A DNA stretch of 37,336 nucleotides from a virus. This document shows positions 17,759-23,169 of this stretch, piece by piece; within the stretch, counting starts at the first letter, position 1; every line of letters starts with the position of its first letter. The translations under genes were made by a program, and so were the position numbers. The notes below the pieces were generated by a model that was not told where the DNA came from, made no database searches, and saw only the letters and a list, made by a program, of their open reading frames with translations. The stretch lies in IMG/VR virus record IMGVR_UViG_3300025413_000005. The stretch is one strand, 5' to 3'.

Positions 17759-18348
17759 AGATTTCTGACATCATCGCCGCCTCAAATGAGGACTATCAGC
17801 CCCGTTTTACCTACTGGCTGAAATTCATCCTGGCTGCTGAATGCAAGCTGGATTCCCTGGGCAACATCCTGGAGGAAAACCTTCGTGACGGAGCCGGGAT
17901 CACTTTTGCCGGACTCACGGAGCGGGATGACCATTACGATCCGGCCACGTGTAACCCTGCATGGGTGGCGCGCACTTACCATGACGGATACTGGCTGAAG
18001 AGCGACGCCGTGGACCTTCCCTGGGGTGTGGGTGAAGAAACCGCCAACATCGCCGTGAATGAAGGCCTTGGGACGGCCGAAAAAATCCTCCAGCAAACCC
18101 TTGTGGACATGGGCGCAAGAATCGGCGTGGACGGGGCTATCGGGCCCGCCACGGAAGAGGCTGCCGCATCTTTCGATCCCGACGCCGTTCTTCGGGCCTT
18201 GGTTGCCCACAACGATAAGCATTACGAGCGCTTGGCTCGGATCAACCCCGACAATCAGCGCTTTCTTAGAGGGTGGCTTAATCGTGACGCCGATGCCTTA
18301 GAGGCTTTCGAGCAAGAGGCAAAAACTCGACAAGCAGTGGCAGTCTGA
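17755..18348 (+). CDS. Endolysin, GH108-type muramidase with PG_binding_3-like C-terminal domain
   Basis: By-eye alignment to the GH108 pattern: AAECK (HEGGY position, Glu kept), YHDGYW, ANIAVNEGLGTAEKILQQTL, VDGAIGPATEEAAA, RFLRGWLNR. Confidence 0.85.
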   Translation: MKISDIIAASNEDYQPRFTYWLKFILAAECKLDSLGNILEENLRDGAGITFAGLTERDDHYDPATCNPAWVARTYHDGYWLKSDAVDLPWGVGEETANIAVNEGLGTAEKILQQTLVDMGARIGVDGAIGPATEEAAASFDPDAVLRALVAHNDKHYERLARINPDNQRFLRGWLNRDADALEAFEQEAKTRQAVAV

Positions 18349-18361
18349 TAGGTTGCCAGCA

Positions 18362-18415
18362 CTGACAGATTCTTTCGAGACCAACCCTCGGAAATTGTCA
18401 GCGTTTTGATTTTTG
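18362..18415 (+). terminator. Candidate intrinsic terminator after the endolysin gene
   Basis: ctgacagatt (18362-18371) pairs with aattgtcag (18393-18401) with one bulge, followed by cgttttgatttttg. Confidence 0.4.
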
Positions 18416-18568
18416 CTGACACTTTACTCTGAAGAAATGTTAAGTTCGAATCCCTCCCTCACCGCCATTCTTCAGAGTAGAAGAATCGGCCTTTGACACT
18501 GATAAAACCTAGCTTTGCGGGTCTGTGCGCTTTCTTGCGTTTCTGTGCGTTTCGGTGCAAAGTGTCAG
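18416..18568 (+). other. attP region: tRNA-derived core flanked by a 12-bp inverted repeat, TGACACT arm-type candidates and 10-bp-phased TGCG repeats
   Basis: Non-coding gap directly upstream of int. IR tactctgaagaa 18425-18436 / ttcttcagagta 18468-18479. ctgacacttt at 18416-18425 (+) and 18559-18568 (-). TGCG at 18516, 18526, 18536, 18546 and TGCA at 18556. Confidence 0.65.
18444..18467 (+). other. 3-prime fragment of a tRNA gene (T-loop, 3-prime T-stem, acceptor 3-prime strand, discriminator G, CCA); probably tRNA-Ser-like; not a functional tRNA
   Basis: gttcgaatccctccctcaccgcca. TTCGAAT T-loop and ...CCTCACCGCCA match the end of E. coli tRNA-Ser(GCU) as I recall it. No matching 5-prime acceptor strand (ggtgagg) or 5-prime T-stem upstream. 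Confidence 0.6.
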
Positions 18569-18571
18569 GAC

Positions 18572-19606
18572 ATGTCAGCGACTCCAAAGCAACGATCTCG
18601 CCGGTTGACTCCCCGTTTTTACCCTTCTGAGGATAGGTGGGCCGTTGACCTTCCGGCCGACATGAACGCCGGCCATCGGGGTAGAAAGTTTTTTAAGCGC
18701 CAAGATAGCGCTTTTCGGTTCATTGCTCGGTTCATGGCCGCAAGCCGACTTTTGGGTCTGAAAGATCGCGTGGAGCGCGACGGATCGGCCGACACGATAG
18801 GCGGACTCGTTCCCCTCTACCTGGGCAAGATGGAACTGGATGGCCACTCCGCCGACGGGATCAAGCAGGCCAAGACATGCCTCCGGCGCTTCGTGCTTTC
18901 CTTCGGGGATCTTTCCCCCGACCAGCTTACCGCCGACGACATCGGGGATTGGCTGGCGCGTCTGGACTTCTCAACGCGCACCATCTGGAACCACTGGAGC
19001 CAGGCACGGCAATTCTTCAACTGGAAGGCCGTGCGCGAAATCGCCAAGGAATCCCCCTTCCATGACCAGGACGCCCCCGACAAGAGTGACCCCGACGCAA
19101 GGAAGCAAATTCTCACCCCCGAGCAAATGGCGGGGCTCCTCGCCCTCCCGATCACCGACCCCTGGATCAAATGCAAGATTGTCCTAGGGGGGTTTGCTGG
19201 CCTGAGGACGTGCGAGCTTTCGCGCATGACATACGAGTGCATTGATGCCGAGTATCAGGAGATCAACGTGAACGCCGCCCAGGCAAAGCAGGGCAAAGCC
19301 ATGAGGCCGCGAAGTATCACCCTCCAAGATGCCGTCAAGCGCCACCTCCCCGAGGGCACCGGCTCGCTCGTGGGTAACAGCAAGGAGTGGCGTCATCATC
19401 GCGGGATGCCCGAAGAGGCCAAGCTAGGCCTAGAGCGTTTTCCCCAGAATGCCCTCCGGCACAGCTTCGCGAGCTATCACCTGGCGCATTTCCGCGACCC
19501 AGCCAAGACCGCCTTCGAGATGGGACACACCTCCCCTCGCCTGCTTTACGAGACCTACGCCAACACGGTTTCCCGCCGGGATGCCGCGAGGTGGTGGACG
19601 CTTTGA
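18572..19606 (+). CDS. int: Tyrosine recombinase / phage integrase
   Basis: ATG 18572; the track's 18515 start runs into the phased att repeats. C-terminal catalytic pattern LRTCEL (Arg), NALRHSFASYHL (H-x-x-R), MGHTSPRLLYETYA (His and Tyr). Adjacent to the tRNA-fragment att site. Confidence 0.9.
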   Translation: MSATPKQRSRRLTPRFYPSEDRWAVDLPADMNAGHRGRKFFKRQDSAFRFIARFMAASRLLGLKDRVERDGSADTIGGLVPLYLGKMELDGHSADGIKQAKTCLRRFVLSFGDLSPDQLTADDIGDWLARLDFSTRTIWNHWSQARQFFNWKAVREIAKESPFHDQDAPDKSDPDARKQILTPEQMAGLLALPITDPWIKCKIVLGGFAGLRTCELSRMTYECIDAEYQEINVNAAQAKQGKAMRPRSITLQDAVKRHLPEGTGSLVGNSKEWRHHRGMPEEAKLGLERFPQNALRHSFASYHLAHFRDPAKTAFEMGHTSPRLLYETYANTVSRRDAARWWTL

Positions 19607-19608
19607 TT

Positions 19609-19884
19609 ATGAAAATGCTTGGTCTGATTTTGTCTTTCTATGGGATTTTTCTGCTTCTTTTGATAATCTCGGGATTTCCAATTAAAAAAGCGCCACTCAG
19701 ATCCGCTTTGATTACACCAATCTTTATATCTTTCATCATTTTGATGAAGCTGAGTTTTTTGCTTTCCGAGAGAATCTTTGCCAATCAGTGGCTTCAAATC
19801 GTTGCCGGAATGTTTTTTACTCTATCTGCTTTAACGGCTCTCTGCTGGTGTTTCGATTACGCTAGAAACCTTGGAAAACACTAG
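19609..19884 (+). CDS. AT-rich three-TM membrane protein (moron; superinfection-exclusion/lysogenic-conversion candidate)
   Basis: ATG 19609, 2 nt after the int stop. 91 aa with three hydrophobic segments. First 100 nt hand-counted at 37% G+C, against about 50-67% in hand-counted blocks elsewhere. Confidence 0.6.
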   Translation: MKMLGLILSFYGIFLLLLIISGFPIKKAPLRSALITPIFISFIILMKLSFLLSERIFANQWLQIVAGMFFTLSALTALCWCFDYARNLGKH

Positions 19885-19919
19885 CGCTACGGCTGAAAAA
19901 GATTTCTGAAAAAAAGTTC

Positions 19920-19948
19920 TTGCGGGTTCAGTGAACCTTCTGCATGAT
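19920..19948 (+). promoter_or_regulatory. Candidate promoter TTGCGG-17 nt-CATGAT with palindromic operator (ggttcagtgaacc, 19925-19937) filling the spacer
   Basis: Read directly. The palindrome recurs as gggttcagtgaaccc at 20283-20297. Upstream of the RHH genes. Confidence 0.35.
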
Positions 19949-20225
19949 CTTTCCCATGGCAGACATGCACAGCCCTGACAAAGAGCCTCTTTCCTTCCAG
20001 GCACCACGTACAACCGTTGTGTCTCTGAAGAAAGAAGCTCGTCGCCTTGGGCTTCCGCTGTCCGTTCATCTCACACGAATACTTGCGGCAGAAACATCCC
20101 ATATTGAACTGAATGAAGACGACTACCAAGCCATCAAGGAAGCCACGGCGCTTGCCCGTAAAACCGGAAAAAGAATTGCGACTGTCCTTCCAGGCACCGC
20201 GTCACATAGTCGCAAGAATCCGTAA
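19944..20225 (+). CDS. Ribbon-helix-helix (Arc/MetJ/CopG-type) regulator 1
   Basis: KEPLSFQAPRTTVVSLKKEARRLGLPLSVHLTRILAAE fits strand-helix-helix. The start may be 19956 or 19965 if the promoter call is right. The last ~17 codons read the RHH2 strand out of frame and look like junk. Confidence 0.55.
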   Translation: MIFPMADMHSPDKEPLSFQAPRTTVVSLKKEARRLGLPLSVHLTRILAAETSHIELNEDDYQAIKEATALARKTGKRIATVLPGTASHSRKNP

Positions 20226-20310
20226 GCAAGCAATGAGTGAGCATCGTAGCCTCTCAAATCAAACAGCCTTTTTTTTAATTCAGGGTTCAGTGAACCCATC
20301 ACCCCGCTAA
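20113..20310 (+). CDS. Ribbon-helix-helix regulator 2 (paralogue of RHH1, +1 frame, 113-nt overlap)
   Basis: ELRLSFQAPRHIVARIRKQAMSEHRSLSNQTAFFLIQG. Shares the 14-nt tccttccaggcacc with RHH1 (19992-20005 vs 20185-20198). The true start is uncertain (ATG 20113 or TTG 20176). Confidence 0.55.
   Translation: MKTTTKPSRKPRRLPVKPEKELRLSFQAPRHIVARIRKQAMSEHRSLSNQTAFFLIQGSVNPSPR
20283..20297. promoter_or_regulatory. Second copy of the operator-like palindrome (perfect 15-mer GGGTTCA-G-TGAACCC)
   Basis: gggttcagtgaaccc at the 3-prime end of the second RHH ORF, just before the next gene block. Confidence 0.4.
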
Positions 20311-20320
20311 CCCCATCAAG

Positions 20321-20422
20321 ATGAAGAAATCACCTCGCGAAGAGATGCGTTCACAGCATGCGGTCGCGCAACTTCGCGAGCTAAGAAAATCAACAGGGAA
20401 TCAAGATCAGATCGCGTCATGA
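20321..20422 (+). CDS. Very small ORF (33 aa) coupled by ATGA to the excisionase-like gene
   Basis: ATG 20321 ... TGA 20420-20422 overlapping ATG 20419. MKKSPREEMRSQHAVAQLRELRKSTGNQDQIAS. Below the ORF-track length cutoff. Confidence 0.3.
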   Translation: MKKSPREEMRSQHAVAQLRELRKSTGNQDQIAS

Positions 20423-20607
20423 CCTCTTCTGTATCCATTACCCCGGCAGCCCTCAAACCCAAAGAGGCCGCCCGCTATCTCTCGCTTTCCGAGAGGGCGA
20501 TTTACAACCTGATTGAGCGCAAGGAGCTGAAGGCCCGCAAGGTTGGCCGCTCAACCATTCTCCGAGTCCGTGACCTGGACGCTTTCCTAAACCGAGAAGA
20601 CGCATGA
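20419..20607 (+). CDS. Excisionase/AlpA-type helix-turn-helix DNA-binding protein
   Basis: 62 aa. LKPKEAARYLSLSERAIYNLIERKELKARKVGRSTILRVRDLDAFL is the typical excisionase-family HTH pattern. Located near int. Confidence 0.7.
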   Translation: MTSSVSITPAALKPKEAARYLSLSERAIYNLIERKELKARKVGRSTILRVRDLDAFLNREDA

Positions 20608-21098
20608 GCTTCCCCGGCGCCGCCCTTCCAAGCTTTCCCGTCATTCCGATGGGAGAAACCAACCCAAAAACAACAACACCCATGTCTTACACATCACTAA
20701 AAGCTGAAACCGACACTATTACGGCTAAAATACAAAGCATCGTAGACCTCATTCGCACGGCAACGCTTGCCGAGCTACAGGTCATCGAAGGGCACCTTGG
20801 TCTTGCTCGTCAGGATATTGCCCCTGAGACCACCACTTTTCGCGATTTTGACTATCGCCTCGGACTGATCGTGAACGAGCTTCATAACGTCGAATCTGAA
20901 ATGTTGGACGCCGTGGCTTTTGTTCTGGCTCCCCCCGTAGAGCAAACTAGCCCAACGGATCCCGAAGCAATCCCCGTCCCCTTAACCCCTGAGGTTAATG
21001 AAATCACTCAGGCCCCCGCCGATACCACCGCCGAAAACGGTGCAGCCTCTTCAGGCGCTTCGGCTGAGGCCGCCAACCCTGATCAGCCCGTCTCCTGA
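20604..21098 (+). CDS. Acidic hypothetical early protein
   Basis: 164-aa ORF with ATGA overlap. From Met at 20682, hand count 22 Asp/Glu vs 6 Lys/Arg. No recognisable motif. Confidence 0.55.
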   Translation: MSFPGAALPSFPVIPMGETNPKTTTPMSYTSLKAETDTITAKIQSIVDLIRTATLAELQVIEGHLGLARQDIAPETTTFRDFDYRLGLIVNELHNVESEMLDAVAFVLAPPVEQTSPTDPEAIPVPLTPEVNEITQAPADTTAENGAASSGASAEAANPDQPVS

Positions 21099-21107
21099 TT
21101 GGGAACC

Positions 21108-21200
21108 ATGCGCCTTCTTCTTCGATTCCTGGAAATCATCCGGCTCAGGAAGAAGGCGCAACCTTTCTCCAAACACAACCGCATTACATGGAAACCATGA
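21108..21200 (+). CDS. Possible 30-aa basic peptide
   Basis: ATG 21108 ... TGA 21198-21200, ATGA-coupled to the next small ORF. MRLLLRFLEIIRLRKKAQPFSKHNRITWKP. Supported only by fit in an otherwise empty 240-nt gap. Confidence 0.2.
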   Translation: MRLLLRFLEIIRLRKKAQPFSKHNRITWKP

Positions 21201-21313
21201 TTTTAGCCCTTGGCGCCTGCCTGTGCTCCTTCCTCATCGGAAGGCTCTCGGTGGGTGCCTTCAGCAAAGAAGAAAGGCCGGAAGACGCAGCAACGTCCTC
21301 CGACCTTGATTGA
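21197..21313 (+). CDS. Possible 38-aa single-TM peptide
   Basis: MILALGACLCSFLIGRLSVGAFSKEERPEDAATSSDLD: a hydrophobic helix plus an acidic tail. Too short to be sure. Confidence 0.25.
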   Translation: MILALGACLCSFLIGRLSVGAFSKEERPEDAATSSDLD

Positions 21314-21338
21314 ACGAAACCCTAGAGAAGTAACGAAC

Positions 21339-22457
21339 ATGTCCACTGAAACCCTAGAAGCCCCATCCGTCAAGCCCCAAGCCTCGCAAGGCATTGAGCT
21401 TGAGCAGTTCGCCGACGCCGTAACCCTTGGAGAGGAGCGCTTGCTTGACTCCGGTGATTACGACTTTGCCGCGGCCAAGGCCCACGCCCTTTTCCGGGCA
21501 TGGGCTCCCACCTTTATCCCCACCCTGGCATCCCATGATGTCCTTGAAGTGGAGAGCGAGTTCTCTTTCCCGCTCCTCAACCCCGAGAGCGAGGCCCCGT
21601 CCAAGACGTTTGTGGAGGCCGGAAAGATTGACGGAGTCCTTCGCCACAAGGCCAGCGGCACCATTAAGACCCTGGAGCACAAGACCACAAGCGATTCCAT
21701 CGCGCCGGATTCCAATTATTGGCCCCGGCTCATCATGGACACGCAGCCGAGCAAATACATCCTCTCGCTCCAGCATCGCGGGATCGTTGCCAACTCTGCC
21801 CTCTACAACGTGGTCAGTAAGCCCGCCCAGCGCCCCAAGGGAATCCCCATTCTCGATGAAGAAGGGCGCAAGATTGTCCTGGATTCAGACGGCCAGCGCG
21901 TTTTCACCAAGGACGGCAAGAAGCCCCGCGAGACAGGAAGCCCCGCCGATGGGTATTTCCTCCAGACCCGCGAGGAAACCCCCGAGGAGTTCCATCATCG
22001 CATCCTAGATGAGTTGACCGGCTCCCCCGGCGATTACTTCGCCCAACGGGAGATCCCCCGCCAGGACCGGGCGCTTTTGGAATACATGGAGGACGCATGG
22101 GCTCTCTCCCAGCAAATCCTCTACTTCCGCCGCTCCAACCTCTGGCCGCGCAATCCTTCGGCCTGCACGCAGTTCGGAACCTGTGAGTTCTTTGACCTGT
22201 GCTCGGGCCGCGCCTCAGTGGATGGGATCCGCTACGCCGCAAAGCCCAAGCGCCACGCCGAGCTTGAGACGCCCGAAAACGGCAAGGAGTTCCTGACCAA
22301 CTCTCGCCTTTCGGCGCTTCGCAAGTGTTCGCGCTACCACTTCCACCGCTACGAGCAACCCATCAAGCCCATCCGCGATGAAGACGAGGCGCTCCGCATT
22401 GGCAGCGCTTTCCACGTCGCCGTTGAGGCCTTCCTTGCAACCTTCCTCGTCAAATAA
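21339..22457 (+). CDS. PD-(D/E)XK nuclease of the Cas4/RecB/AddB type with Cys cluster (recombination exonuclease)
   Basis: ATG 21339 (the track's 21210 is a non-ATG extension). GKIDGVL ... LEHKT (D...ExK, 21675-21683), QPSKY (QxxxY), CTQFGTCEFFDLC (22164-22202). The canonical 'N-terminal' motif SRLSALRKCSRYHFHRY...GSAFHVAVEAF sits at the C-terminus. Confidence 0.8.
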   Translation: MSTETLEAPSVKPQASQGIELEQFADAVTLGEERLLDSGDYDFAAAKAHALFRAWAPTFIPTLASHDVLEVESEFSFPLLNPESEAPSKTFVEAGKIDGVLRHKASGTIKTLEHKTTSDSIAPDSNYWPRLIMDTQPSKYILSLQHRGIVANSALYNVVSKPAQRPKGIPILDEEGRKIVLDSDGQRVFTKDGKKPRETGSPADGYFLQTREETPEEFHHRILDELTGSPGDYFAQREIPRQDRALLEYMEDAWALSQQILYFRRSNLWPRNPSACTQFGTCEFFDLCSGRASVDGIRYAAKPKRHAELETPENGKEFLTNSRLSALRKCSRYHFHRYEQPIKPIRDEDEALRIGSAFHVAVEAFLATFLVK

Positions 22458-22483
22458 CCCCGTCACCCCAAAAAACCAACACC

Positions 22484-22855
22484 ATGAAAGCCCAACAGAT
22501 CGCCACCATCCTTTCAGTCCTTCTGGCCGAAAAAGAACCCTCCGAGTCCGTGAAGACCTGCGAGGAGACCACAGTCCACCCCATGCTCGGAAAGCGGTGC
22601 CTCATCCGCACCTACTCGGCAGGAGTCCACATTGGTGACATTGAGCATGTCAACGGCATGGAGGTGAAGCTCAAGAACGCCCTACGCCTCTGGAAGTGGG
22701 AGGGGGGCGGCTTATCGCTCTCGGCTGTCGCCAACAACGGCATCAAGGGAGGCCGACTCAACCGCACTGGCGAGGTCTACCTGACCAACGTCATCGAGAT
22801 GATTCCGACGACAGGGGAGGCGGAAAAGACCTATGTCAAATTCATCGAGGATTAA
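22484..22855 (+). CDS. Conserved-looking phage protein of unknown function
   Basis: 123 aa. GKRCLIRTYSAGVHIGDI...ALRLWKWEGGGLSLSAVANNG...VIEMIPTT resembles a small phage protein family I have seen in recombination/replication regions (memory only). Confidence 0.65.
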   Translation: MKAQQIATILSVLLAEKEPSESVKTCEETTVHPMLGKRCLIRTYSAGVHIGDIEHVNGMEVKLKNALRLWKWEGGGLSLSAVANNGIKGGRLNRTGEVYLTNVIEMIPTTGEAEKTYVKFIED

Positions 22856-23102
22856 GGAGCTGCACCACGGTCATGAGTGCAAGGACGGCTCCGGCTACGG
22901 CGACGGCTCCGGCGACGGCTCCGGCTACGGCTCCGGCTACGGCTACGGCGACGGCTCCGGCGACGGCGACGGCGACGGCTCCGGCGACGGCTCCGGCTAC
23001 GGCTCCGGCTACGGCTCCGGCTACGGCGACGGCGACGGCTCCGGCGACGGCTCCGGCTACGGCGACGGCTACGGCTACGGCGACGGCTCCGGCGACGGCT
23101 AA
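22833..23102 (+). CDS. Low-complexity protein: 17-aa His/Cys-containing head plus strictly alternating (X-Gly)36, X = Asp/Ser/Tyr
   Basis: ATG 22833 (23-nt overlap with the upstream gene), stop 23100-23102. All frames are open over the repeat, so frame choice is uncertain. This frame is the only one with an ATG upstream of the whole array, and it uses common-looking codons (GGC GAC TCC TAC). Confidence 0.45.
   Translation: MSNSSRIKELHHGHECKDGSGYGDGSGDGSGYGSGYGYGDGSGDGDGDGSGDGSGYGSGYGSGYGDGDGSGDGSGYGDGYGYGDGSGDG
22884..23099. repeat. 216-nt hexanucleotide array made only of GACGGC, TCCGGC and TACGGC units (36 units)
   Basis: Read directly. No deviation from the NNCGGC pattern across 36 units. 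Confidence 0.95.
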
Positions 23103-23169
23103 GCGAACCGCCGCACCAACTCAATCACCACTCTAACCATCTACCCCCAACAACCAACCCCGTCATAAC

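Noticed and set aside
18380-18467. A complete tRNA gene next to the integrase.
   Set aside because: Only the T-loop, 3-prime T-stem, acceptor 3-prime strand and CCA are present. The required 5-prime acceptor strand (ggtgagg) and 5-prime T-stem (gaggg) are absent upstream. It is an att core, not a gene.
18515-18571. N-terminal extension of the integrase in the ORF track (start 18515).
   Set aside because: It is a non-ATG start whose codons run through the 10-bp-phased TGCG repeats of the att arm. The peptide (MRVCALSCVSVRFGAKCQD) looks non-genuine. ATG 18572 is preferred.
19944-20310. RHH pair as a toxin-antitoxin module.
   Set aside because: Both ORFs are RHH DNA-binding domains, and no toxin-like partner (PIN, RelE, ParE, Doc etc.) follows. 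The flanking palindromes and position next to int/xis fit a transcriptional switch better.
21210-21338. Extension of the nuclease ORF to 21210.
   Set aside because: It has a non-ATG start and overlaps the small ATGA-coupled ORFs. The peptide is basic low-complexity sequence unlike the rest of the protein. ATG 21339 is preferred.
22884-23099. CRISPR array (also considered for 12436-12507 and 25975-26078).
   Set aside because: The repeat units are 6-30 nt and directly abut each other with no unique spacers. No cas genes are present, and the arrays lie inside ORFs.
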